Shown here: piece after piece, positions 24,558 through 32,000 of the stretch | Layout of the letters: every line of letters begins with the position of its first letter | How positions within the stretch are numbered: the stretch's first letter is position 1 | Assembly (NCBI RefSeq): GCF_009831105.1 | Contig: NZ_WUUQ01000001.1 | Span: forward strand, 330,001-362,000 | Reading direction: 5' to 3' | Length of the DNA: 32,000 nt | Origin: Copranaerobaculum intestinale | Lineage (GTDB): Bacteria; Bacillota_I; Bacilli_A; Erysipelotrichales; Erysipelotrichaceae | Notes under the pieces: generated by a model | What the model was told of the DNA's origin: nothing | The model's database searches: none | What the model saw: the letters and a program-made list of their open reading frames with translations, nothing else | Program-made: the position numbers and the translations under genes

Positions 24558-25343
24558 TTACAATCCTTGTCCCGGAATCAAGCTTGGAATTTCTTGACCG
24601 GCGGTACCCGGAATCTGATACTCATTGAGATTATCAGGAAAGTCAATATCACTGATTCGATCACGCTCAGACAGTTTCAGAGTGAATGACGCTTTAGAGG
24701 TCTGATCGTTAGAAAGCATTGTGAAATTAGATGTTAAGCCTGTCAAATATGCTTTTTTATCATACGCGATTTCCAACTTGATATCCTCATATTCGGTATT
24801 TTTGTATTGGCTCGTAAAGGTTTCTGTATCTTTACTTGCTTCCTTCACATATTTGGTTAATTTTTTACCGTCGATTACCAAAACAATCTTATCATTGTCA
24901 AAAGATGCCTTTTTCAACAATTTTTTAAATGTCTTACGATCCATTCCTTTTCCTTCGTCGGTAAACTCCTCTATGGTATTTTCAGCAGAAGAAAAAGGCA
25001 TTTTCATTTTACTTCCCATCATATTCAAGTACAGGGTATTGTCGTACATATAAATGTCCGCAAAATCCTTATATGACTGACCGTTAGCAGTCATGTCCAA
25101 AATGAAAGAGAACTGTGGTTTATCAGATAATACAAATTTGCCGGCAGCTTTGATTGATGCGGTTTCCTTATCCACAGCAGTTTTTACACGCAGCTCATAG
25201 CTCGCTGACTGATATTTCATTGTTTGTTTCTGAACTTCCTCCAGTTTATCCAGCGCTTTATCATCGACTGGATTTTTCTTACCGCAAGCAGCTGCTGAAA
25301 ACAACAATGCGGTACAAAGCATAAATGTCCCTAATCTTTTCAT
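24558..25343 (-). CDS. Hypothetical lipoprotein
   Basis: Signal peptide with lipobox-like FSAAAC|GKK. The mature part is hydrophilic and Lys/Asp-rich. I recognise no catalytic motif. Confidence 0.65.
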   Translation of the reverse strand: MKRLGTFMLCTALLFSAAACGKKNPVDDKALDKLEEVQKQTMKYQSASYELRVKTAVDKETASIKAAGKFVLSDKPQFSFILDMTANGQSYKDFADIYMYDNTLYLNMMGSKMKMPFSSAENTIEEFTDEGKGMDRKTFKKLLKKASFDNDKIVLVIDGKKLTKYVKEASKDTETFTSQYKNTEYEDIKLEIAYDKKAYLTGLTSNFTMLSNDQTSKASFTLKLSERDRISDIDFPDNLNEYQIPGTAGQEIPSLIPGQGL

Positions 25344-25491
25344 ATGATATCCTCCTTAAGAACCCCTATTTTTATATGTATTATAACATAATCTTATAAG
25401 GATGTATGAATCATAGAAAATGTCTGTTGTTTATTTTTCTGGCGGAAATGAATAAGTACGGTATAATAAAGATAACAAGGAAGTGAATGAT

Positions 25492-25986
25492 ATGTTTCGA
25501 ATCGGACAATCAAGTGATATCCATCCATTATGTGAAGGCCGCAAATTGGTTATTGGAGGTGTAGAAATACCCCATGAGAAAGGTCTAGCAGGGCATTCTG
25601 ACGGTGATGCGCTCTGTCATGCGATCGCAGAAAGTATTATTGGTGCATTGGGTGAAGGTGATTTGGGCCGGCACTTCCCGGATACAGATGAACGCTATCG
25701 CGGAATATGTTCACTGAAGCTGGTAAGCGCAGCTGCTGAACTCATGAGAAGCAGAAATTATGAACTTGGAAATATTGATGCATTGATTATGATTGAAAGA
25801 CCCAAAATGGCTCCTCATATTGAAAAAATGAAAGCCAATCTCGCTGAAGCATTGGGCTGTGATCAATCACAAATCAATGTCAAAGCAACAAGAGGTGAGA
25901 AGCTTGGTTATGTTGGGCGCGAAGAGGGAGTACTTGCACAAGCGGTTGTTTTATTGGAAAAGAAGCAGGCTGTTGAGTTGTTATAA
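25492..25986 (+). CDS. ispF: 2-C-methyl-D-erythritol 2,4-cyclodiphosphate synthase
   Basis: FRIGQSSDIHPL, GHSDGDALCHAI, GDLGRHFPDTD, IMIERPKM and KATRGEKLGYVGR. ATG 25492 is preferred (SD AAGGAAG 8 nt upstream); the ORF-track GTG is at 25483. Confidence 0.93.
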   Translation: MFRIGQSSDIHPLCEGRKLVIGGVEIPHEKGLAGHSDGDALCHAIAESIIGALGEGDLGRHFPDTDERYRGICSLKLVSAAAELMRSRNYELGNIDALIMIERPKMAPHIEKMKANLAEALGCDQSQINVKATRGEKLGYVGREEGVLAQAVVLLEKKQAVELL

Positions 25987-26001
25987 ATTCATGTATGAAA
26001 A

Positions 26002-26026
26002 AAGGTATCATCAGGATACTTTTTTT
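26002..26026 (+). terminator. Rho-independent terminator after ispF
   Basis: AAGGTATC-ATCAG-GATACTTT followed by a T run. Confidence 0.6.
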
Positions 26027-26189
26027 ATGTTTATAAAATGTTTGACGCTCAGCAGTGTTTTTCAGGTCAGGAAAGGTGATAGGAATGCAAACAAAGCGTG
26101 AACGATGATTGAACTGCACGTAATATCAAAAGCTGAAAGAATACCTTGTAAGTTTCTTATCAAAATCTATTGAAAATTCTATGAAGTAC

Positions 26190-26232
26190 TTGACTTTTTT
26201 AAATTAAGAATTATAATAAGAATTGTTCTTAA
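26190..26232 (+). promoter_or_regulatory. Promoter TTGACT-16-TATAAT overlapped by TAAGAA repeats/palindrome (candidate Fur/PerR-type operator)
   Basis: TTGACT at 26190-26195 and TATAAT at 26212-26217. TTAAGAATT at 26204-26212 is repeated as TAAGAATT at 26217-26224. Palindrome TAAGAA-TTG-TTCTTA at 26217-26231. Outer inverted repeat TTAAGAA (26204-26210) / TTCTTAA (26226-26232). Confidence 0.5.
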
Positions 26233-26247
26233 TATGGAGGCGTTGTT

Positions 26248-26640
26248 ATGATTAGAAAACAGTCAAAGCAGCGTGATATCGTATTACAGTACATGAAGAC
26301 TATGGAAGGTCATGCCAGCGCGGAGGAAATTTTTGCGGCACTGAATAAAGATGAAAAAACAATCTCTCTGGCGACCGTGTATCGTAATTTGAATATTCTC
26401 GCGCAAATGAATGAAATTAAGAAAATTGCCCATCCTATATATGGTTATGTGTATGATAAGACATGTAAACCGCATTATCATCTTCATTGTGTTAAGTGCA
26501 ATGAGCTGCTGGATCTGGACATACCATACCGGGATGCAATGAATGAAGAATTCTCACATTTATGCAATCATGATTTGCAGTCACACTCGCTGATTTTTGA
26601 GGGTGTGTGTGAGAACTGCCGGAAAAAATCGGCAAATTAA
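26248..26640 (+). CDS. Fur-family metalloregulator, PerR-like
   Basis: Winged-helix segment LATVYRNLNILAQMNEIKK, HYHLHCVKCNELLDL (HxH plus CxxC) and a C-terminal CENC. It lies upstream of rubrerythrin. Confidence 0.8.
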   Translation: MIRKQSKQRDIVLQYMKTMEGHASAEEIFAALNKDEKTISLATVYRNLNILAQMNEIKKIAHPIYGYVYDKTCKPHYHLHCVKCNELLDLDIPYRDAMNEEFSHLCNHDLQSHSLIFEGVCENCRKKSAN

Positions 26641-26698
26641 TCAGACCTTATCTGTGTTAAGACACAGAAGGATATAAAATGACAGGAGGAAAATTAAC

Positions 26699-27238
26699 AT
26701 GGATTTAAAAGGATCAAAGACTGAACAGAACTTAATGGCTGCATTTGCTGGTGAATCACAGGCACGCAACAAGTACACGTACTATGCGGAAAAAGCTCGT
26801 GAAGAAGGCATGGATCAGATTGCCCGTATTTTTGAAGAAACTGCCCGCAATGAACAGGAACACGCAAAATTATGGTTCAAAGCACTTCACGGTGATAAAG
26901 TTGATACGACTGATGTTAACCTGAAGGATGCTGCTGCCGGTGAAAACTATGAGTGGACCGATATGTATAAAGGATTCGCTGAAACTGCAAAAGAAGAAGG
27001 CTTCAATAAAATTGCTTTCCAGATGGAGCAGGTAGCAAAGATTGAAAAACATCATGAAGAAAGATACTTGGCACTGCTGAAAAATGTAGTAGAAGGTAAA
27101 GTATTTGAAAAAGAAGAGTCTGTTGTTTGGGTTTGCGACATCTGCGGTTACCGTCATGAAGGACCTGTTGCCCCAGGTGCTTGCCCGGTATGCGGTTATT
27201 CAAAAGCTCATTTCTCAATGGAAGCTCAAAACTACTAA
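26699..27238 (+). CDS. rbr: Rubrerythrin
   Basis: [30 protein letters not shown] (ferritin-like di-iron domain, EQEHAKLW) plus a C-terminal rubredoxin-like CDICG...CPVCG. Confidence 0.93.
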   Translation: MDLKGSKTEQNLMAAFAGESQARNKYTYYAEKAREEGMDQIARIFEETARNEQEHAKLWFKALHGDKVDTTDVNLKDAAAGENYEWTDMYKGFAETAKEEGFNKIAFQMEQVAKIEKHHEERYLALLKNVVEGKVFEKEESVVWVCDICGYRHEGPVAPGACPVCGYSKAHFSMEAQNY

Positions 27239-27330
27239 GATAAAATTTTTAGAAAGCTACTGTAATGCGTATGAAAACTGTCCAATTTTTTGGGCGGTTT
27301 TTTATCATGTTCATATTCTCAATAGTTCGC

Positions 27331-27358
27331 TTGACAGATTGCTGTTATCCGATATAAT
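27331..27358 (+). promoter_or_regulatory. Sigma-A promoter for the padR operon (TTGACA-16-TATAAT)
   Basis: TTGACA at 27331-27336 and TATAAT at 27353-27358. Confidence 0.65.
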
Positions 27359-27397
27359 AAAGTTAGGTATCTTGCGAGACAAGGTAGGTGGTTGGTC

Positions 27398-27763
27398 ATG
27401 TTTGATAAAACGCAGCTAATGCGTGGGAGTCTGGAAGGATGTATTCTGAAAATCATTGAAAAAAGAATGACTTATGGCTATGAAATAACAGAACAGCTCC
27501 AGCAGATTGGCTTTCAGGATATACGAGAAGGAAGTATTTATCCAATTTTGTTAAGGCTGGAGAGGCAGGCTTACATTCAATCCACACTCAAGGAATCACC
27601 CTTCGGTCCCAAACGTAAATATTATACAATCAGCGAACTCGGAAAAGCCTATTTGTCAGAGTTCTATGAAAACTGGAAACAAGTGTATTACAGTGTGCAT
27701 ACGCTTTTTGAGGAAGATGACAGAGAGGATGATCAACATGTTCAGAAAAACAGAAACGGATAA
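27398..27763 (+). CDS. PadR family transcriptional regulator
   Basis: LRGSLEGCILKIIEKRMTYGYEITEQL...REGSIYPILLRLERQAYI...RKYYTISELG is the canonical PadR winged helix. Start at ATG 27398. Confidence 0.9.
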   Translation: MFDKTQLMRGSLEGCILKIIEKRMTYGYEITEQLQQIGFQDIREGSIYPILLRLERQAYIQSTLKESPFGPKRKYYTISELGKAYLSEFYENWKQVYYSVHTLFEEDDREDDQHVQKNRNG

Positions 27764-28439
27764 GATGCTGAAGCAGGAAGTGAAACAGCTGCGAGGAGTA
27801 TATAAAAAAACATATCGAGATATGAATATTTATCTGGGAAGCTTTTCTCTAAATTATTATGCAAAGCAAGAGGTTTTACTGGAGCTTGCTGGTATTTGTC
27901 TTGAAAATCAAAAGCGAAACAGCCCTATCGAAGAAGTATTCAATCATAATAGTAAAGCCTTCTGTAATTCGTTGATAGAAAACTGCAAGCGCAAAACCGT
28001 GATGGAAAAATTACTGGAATATGCGGTCGTGCTGGTTTTTCTCAGCTTGCTAGGATTTCTTTTTATCTGCATCGCAATAGAAATATCGGAAGCTTATCCG
28101 GATTTTTCCATGATGGAGCCTCTTTATATAAAACAGGGATCCTTGTATTGCAGTGCATACAACCTCTTACCGCTGCTTGGCATACCGCTTTTGTTTTTTT
28201 TCATGAATCAAATACAATATCGTTTTGTCTATGCTTCTAAAGGACTCTTAATTTTTCTGCTATTTATCGGTTATTTCATTATCAACATGATCTTACAGTA
28301 TGTTTTTAAAAACATTTTGGAGGAATCAATACTTGTGCTGCCGATTTTTCTTACCATTTTCTGTTTAAGTATCGCTACGGTCATTTTGTGCTATGCTTAT
28401 TTTGCTTGTCAACTGAAAAGCAATCATGGTATACAATAA
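27738..28439 (+). CDS. PadR-associated membrane protein (DUF1048/DUF1129-like N-domain plus ~4 TM)
   Basis: Start moved to ATG 27738 (SD AGAGAGGA 8 nt upstream), overlapping padR by 26 nt. The N-terminal soluble helix bundle (EVLLELAGICLENQKRNSPIEEVFNHNSKAFCNSL) resembles the partner genes usually found after padR. Confidence 0.6.
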   Translation: MFRKTETDKMLKQEVKQLRGVYKKTYRDMNIYLGSFSLNYYAKQEVLLELAGICLENQKRNSPIEEVFNHNSKAFCNSLIENCKRKTVMEKLLEYAVVLVFLSLLGFLFICIAIEISEAYPDFSMMEPLYIKQGSLYCSAYNLLPLLGIPLLFFFMNQIQYRFVYASKGLLIFLLFIGYFIINMILQYVFKNILEESILVLPIFLTIFCLSIATVILCYAYFACQLKSNHGIQ

Positions 28440-28562
28440 AGATTATTTTAATTTCATAAGTCTTTGAAAGACGAGGCTTGTAAAATTTTTATCATGAAAT
28501 GATCAGGCTATTTTATTGCAAATTTTGTTCCATGAGCTTAACAAGCGCAAAACAATGATATG

Positions 28563-28622
28563 ATCCCACCAAAGAAGCTTGCTGAAATGAATTTCAGGAG
28601 ATCAAAAAAGGTGGGATTTTTT
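28563..28622 (+). terminator. Nested stem-loop plus T5 (terminator-like structured element) in a 285-nt convergent spacer
   Basis: Outer stem ATCCCACC (28563-28570) / GGTGGGAT (28610-28617). Inner hairpin CTGAAA-TGAA-TTTCAG. TTTTT at 28618-28622. Confidence 0.4.
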
Positions 28623-28724
28623 ATAAGATATCAGTTACATGACCTATAACAATTAACAATGATTATTTCAGGGTTCATTCTGCCGAATGATCTCAAGAAC
28701 TTTTGGCATTTTAGTTAGGATTTT

Positions 28725-29417
28725 TTAATTGCCGAAATACCAGTAAGTCGGTTCATTACAGATTGTAAATCCGCTTTTCTTTTGAAGGGCAAAAGATGCA
28801 GTATTATTTTGAATAATTTGGCCGTACACATAAGCACCCTGCTTTTTCAGCTCATTGGACATAGCATTTTGTAAAGCCAAAGCGAGGCCTTTGCGTTGAT
28901 ACTGCGGCAATACTTCCAGCATGCCCATTGCTCCTTCGCGATGTGTTCCAATGAAGCCGACTGGTTCATCGCAGTAGAAAACACCGAGGATGCCAGCATT
29001 CATCCGATCCCGCATATGCTCAAATGTACAGAGCTCTTTTACCGAGTAATGCTCCACCACAAAAGGAATATGCTCTTCCTTCATCCATTCCAGTTTAAAA
29101 TCTTTTGGCAGCTTTACCGGCAGCGGCTCTGCTTTTAAATTCACGCTGTTATAGCTCAGCATATCCGGTAGTATATGCGATTTTAATTTCACTTCAAACA
29201 ATCGTTTTTGAAACAGAAAAACTTCCTCTGCCGTATTTGGAATAACCTGTACTACATGATCTGCTTCCTCATCCTTTTCACAGGCTCCAATGTATATGCC
29301 GGAGCAGCGATCATACAGCACCAAAGAGGCTTCGCTTTCCCATAATACTTGGTAATCATTGTGACGCATAATCTCCAGGATGGGTGTGTAAAGCAGAATG
29401 TTTTTATTTATTTGCAT
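28725..29417 (-). CDS. GNAT family N-acetyltransferase with an uncharacterised N-terminal half
   Basis: Start moved to ATG 29417 (SD GGAGGTG). The C-terminal acetyl-CoA motif A region is LEVLPQYQRKGLALALQNAMSNELKKQGA. Confidence 0.75.
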   Translation of the reverse strand: MQINKNILLYTPILEIMRHNDYQVLWESEASLVLYDRCSGIYIGACEKDEEADHVVQVIPNTAEEVFLFQKRLFEVKLKSHILPDMLSYNSVNLKAEPLPVKLPKDFKLEWMKEEHIPFVVEHYSVKELCTFEHMRDRMNAGILGVFYCDEPVGFIGTHREGAMGMLEVLPQYQRKGLALALQNAMSNELKKQGAYVYGQIIQNNTASFALQKKSGFTICNEPTYWYFGN

Positions 29418-29421
29418 ATTT

Positions 29422-30096
29422 TCACCTCCGAAAAATAGATGTATCAAAGTCTGTAAAGTTTTGAATTACCTGAATAACACCGGGTAAAGCTTGATAGATA
29501 CTCGCTTTATCAGCTGGGGCAAGAGCGATAATCATACCGGCGTTTATCTGATTGGCAAACTGAATACCGGATATTGAATCTTCAATGATCAGACAGTTTT
29601 CAATCGGCAGCTGCATGATCTGTGCTGCTTTTAAAAACATATCAGTTTTATCCTTATTGACACCGTCATCATATGTGATATGCTCATCGTCAAACCAGGT
29701 ATTCAGCTGAAAGACTGACTTGAAGAACTCAACGTTTTCACGGATGGATGCAGTGGCGATGCTCTGCGGAATATCATGCTTCTGCAGCCAATCAAAAAGC
29801 TTTTCTGCCCCTGGCGCAAGATGCAAAAAGGATGGATCCTTACTGCACAGCATACGATAGATTTCCTCTTTCATTCTTGAATAATTCTTAGCTTCTTCAT
29901 CGCTGATCGAATGATCGAGCAAGTAGCTGATAATTTGCGTATTGATCTGCCCATGTACATGCTCTGCCATTTCTGTGTCATCCAAGGGGGTTCCCCGTAA
30001 TCGTTTTGCCATGATTGACCAGGCTTCCTGATGTTTTAAGCTGTCCCAGAATAATGTACCGTTAAAATCAAAAATAACGCCTTTTATCTGCTTCAT
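29422..30096 (-). CDS. HAD-superfamily hydrolase (beta-phosphoglucomutase/phosphatase-like, subfamily IA)
   Basis: Motif I VIFDFNGTLF, a cap domain, and motif IV LIIEDSISGIQFA. Confidence 0.85.
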   Translation of the reverse strand: MKQIKGVIFDFNGTLFWDSLKHQEAWSIMAKRLRGTPLDDTEMAEHVHGQINTQIISYLLDHSISDEEAKNYSRMKEEIYRMLCSKDPSFLHLAPGAEKLFDWLQKHDIPQSIATASIRENVEFFKSVFQLNTWFDDEHITYDDGVNKDKTDMFLKAAQIMQLPIENCLIIEDSISGIQFANQINAGMIIALAPADKASIYQALPGVIQVIQNFTDFDTSIFRR

Positions 30097-31730
30097 TTTC
30101 CGATTACCTCCTTAACTGCACTCGCTGGTATATACGCTATATTATGCCGTTGATCATATACACCGTTATCATGCTTGACCGCAGTGTGATCATCATTCAA
30201 AACTGCATCACTTTGAATGCGATACCATTCATCACTGTTTTCATAATAGGAACCTTTTACCTTTTCTAATAGGGTAACCGCATAATTTTCAGTATTGGGT
30301 GAGTAATAGAGCAATTTGGATGAAGGGTCGGCCTTTTGATAAACACCCCATGATTTTCGTCCGTCTATAATACCGATGACAGCGATGCTTTGATCCTTTT
30401 TACCCATAGTTTCATCAAAATTGCGATAATGAGCAGCAGCTTTTTCGCCCCAATAGGGATCTGATGCGTAACGTACATTCATGCCGCCGCTTTTATCTCC
30501 AAAGAATCCGCCATAGTAGCGATTCCCATTCGCATTACGGCAAGCTTTCGGATCGTCTGTCTGTATTGATTGATCACAGGGATCCAAATAACCATTGGAA
30601 AGATAAACTTTTGCGTGAGCGTGAATACTGGCGGCAGCATTTTTATAACGCGCTGCATTGCCATCAGGATCTATATCAAAAGCAGCATGAGAAAATAAAT
30701 TATTGGTTTTCAGTGCCAGTTCACTGCGGCCATAACTGCTTTCATTCATGGCTAAGGAAAGCATCATCAAAGCATTTGCACCGTATTGATTTTGATAGCG
30801 GATAAATGCTGCGCCCTCTTGGCTAAGCAGCGATTCATTGCTTGCGGCAGTATTTCCTACGGGTTTGCCTGTATATCCCAGATAGTTGGATATATACCAG
30901 TTGATATCCGCTGCAAAATAGCTGCTGCGTGCGCGATGAGACAAAAACTGATAGTAATTATAGTAAGGTTTATTGATATTCAGAGCATGAGCGTGTGACT
31001 GATTGCGTTCATCATCTGCCATGTCGGAAAAAGCTGAATAGAAATAATGCCCGTCATAGCTGTATAAATCTTGATTCGGATTGGAAAATTCAGGTTCTCC
31101 AATGTTGACGGCAGCGGTATGGCTTTTTGTGAGATTGGTTGTTATCAGATGGTACATGCCGCCGCCGCGCTGCTGATAGATTGATAGAGATGCGATCTTC
31201 GGATCACTGATACTTAGAATTTCCACATCATTTGCAGATACCCAGCCGATGGTGCCGCTCTGCTTAAACTTTACCTTTTTCAGATCATTTGATCGTCCAA
31301 GGAATAGGGCATCTGCTCCATAACATCCGTTTGTATAGTTTATCTGATTAGTTTGATCTGTTATAAAGGATGTGTTTTCGCGACATGCCTTGGTTCTGAA
31401 ATTAACGATTCCATATCGGATATCAATGATTTCGTCATTTGCCAAAATTGCCGCATTCTCAGTTCCGGCTGTGATGATTGAGCTCATTGCGGCTTGTGCC
31501 TGTTGATACTGGTGATAATACTGAATCGTTTCTTTCTGATTTTGCTCATTAAAAACTGCGACTTCATAGAGGATCGGCCTGCTTTTAAAAATAACAAGCA
31601 GAAATATAGCGGCGATCAGTAAGATACCGCAGGCTGCCCATTCAGCCGGTTTCATTTTCATCTTTGTACGTTTTCTTTTCTTTTGCTTTTTCATAACTAT
31701 CATTTTACACAATATAATTGCTTTTTGCAT
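30093..31730 (-). CDS. Membrane-anchored glucosaminidase-domain (GH73-like) peptidoglycan hydrolase
   Basis: Basic N-terminus plus TM (AACGILLIAAIFLLVIF). GH73-like core is GAAFIRYQNQYGANALMMLSLAMNESSYGRSELALKTNNLFSHAAFD. The start codon is uncertain (Met 1, 10, 13, 24 or 26). ATGA overlap with the HAD gene. Confidence 0.75.
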   Translation of the reverse strand: MQKAIILCKMIVMKKQKKRKRTKMKMKPAEWAACGILLIAAIFLLVIFKSRPILYEVAVFNEQNQKETIQYYHQYQQAQAAMSSIITAGTENAAILANDEIIDIRYGIVNFRTKACRENTSFITDQTNQINYTNGCYGADALFLGRSNDLKKVKFKQSGTIGWVSANDVEILSISDPKIASLSIYQQRGGGMYHLITTNLTKSHTAAVNIGEPEFSNPNQDLYSYDGHYFYSAFSDMADDERNQSHAHALNINKPYYNYYQFLSHRARSSYFAADINWYISNYLGYTGKPVGNTAASNESLLSQEGAAFIRYQNQYGANALMMLSLAMNESSYGRSELALKTNNLFSHAAFDIDPDGNAARYKNAAASIHAHAKVYLSNGYLDPCDQSIQTDDPKACRNANGNRYYGGFFGDKSGGMNVRYASDPYWGEKAAAHYRNFDETMGKKDQSIAVIGIIDGRKSWGVYQKADPSSKLLYYSPNTENYAVTLLEKVKGSYYENSDEWYRIQSDAVLNDDHTAVKHDNGVYDQRHNIAYIPASAVKEVIGK

Positions 31731-31803
31731 TACCTTTCCTGCGATTACCTTTGCCGTGCCTGTGATTTTTATCTCACATATCCTATGAAGAAGGGGGGAT
31801 ACT

Positions 31804-32000
31804 ATGAATCTATTTCAACTGCGTGAGCTTGCTTATCTTGCTTATTTTGATCTGCCTGATTCAACGTGGATCGGAAACAGTGTCAAGGCATTTGCGAAAT
31901 GGCTGCTGAATCAAAGTGATCATAAAAAGGACGAGCATTTAGCGCACCTAAATGATAATATTTATCAACAGGTTGTCATTGAGGATTATGAGAATGAGAA
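31804..32000 (+). CDS. Hypothetical protein, N-terminal fragment (runs off the right edge)
   Basis: ATG 31804 is preceded by SD GAAGGGGGGA. It is an open frame to the window end: MNLFQLRELAYLAYFDLPDSTWIGNSVKAFAKWLLNQSDHKKDEHLAHLNDNIYQQVVIEDYENE. Confidence 0.45.
   Translation, partial: MNLFQLRELAYLAYFDLPDSTWIGNSVKAFAKWLLNQSDHKKDEHLAHLNDNIYQQVVIEDYENE

Noticed and set aside
25859-26119. ORFs 25859-26101 (+) and 25880-26119 (-) spanning the ispF 3' end and the ispF-perR spacer.
   Set aside because: They overlap ispF and its terminator and have no SD or recognisable motifs. The spacer was kept as non-coding.
27105-27419. 104-aa ORF running from inside rubrerythrin through the padR promoter.
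   Set aside because: It is out of frame with rbr, and it crosses a weak, uncalled terminator-like hairpin (about 27277-27305) and a consensus promoter. This is a shadow ORF.
1-32000. Search for rRNA, tRNA, CRISPR arrays, IS elements and long repeats.
   Set aside because: I saw no tRNA-like T-arm (GGTTCGAATCC-type) motif outside coding frames, no regularly spaced direct repeats, and no transposase or integrase ORFs. This was a visual scan only; tRNAscan, Infernal and a self-dotplot would be needed to be definitive.

Overview
Origin-proximal chromosomal segment of a low-GC (about 40% by eye), spore-forming, probably anaerobic Bacillota genome. The left edge holds the 5' part of dnaA (minus strand, open at the window edge) and a ~700 bp spacer with eight DnaA boxes. 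Next come rpmH-rnpA-yidC-jag, an uncharacterised membrane protein, pth-mfd, and a compacted version of the B. subtilis mfd-spoVT-yabO(rqcP)-yabP-yabQ-divIC sporulation/division cluster. That cluster is interrupted by a small XRE regulator and an orphan RsiV-like gene. From ~12.1 kb the window is a mosaic of small terminator-insulated units:
- a divergent HNH-nuclease / AT-hook-protein pair
- a split chromate-transporter pair
- a SIS-domain sugar-phosphate enzyme with a palindromic operator
- an ECF sigma / anti-sigma operon led by a secreted His-rich protein
- TPP riboswitch-thiT
- a plant-type gpmI
- a YitT-like protein
- an ABC-2 exporter
- Mn riboswitch (yybP-ykoY)-mntP
- a lipoprotein
- ispF
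- PerR-like repressor plus rubrerythrin
- PadR plus membrane partner
- a glucosaminidase-HAD-GNAT operon
I recognised no rRNA, tRNA, CRISPR array, transposase or integrase. The best candidates for something undescribed are the HNH/AT-hook two-gene module (12.1-14.1 kb) and the histidine-rich ECF sigma operon (16.5-18.2 kb). All functional calls rest on motif recognition by eye and on synteny; no database search was run.
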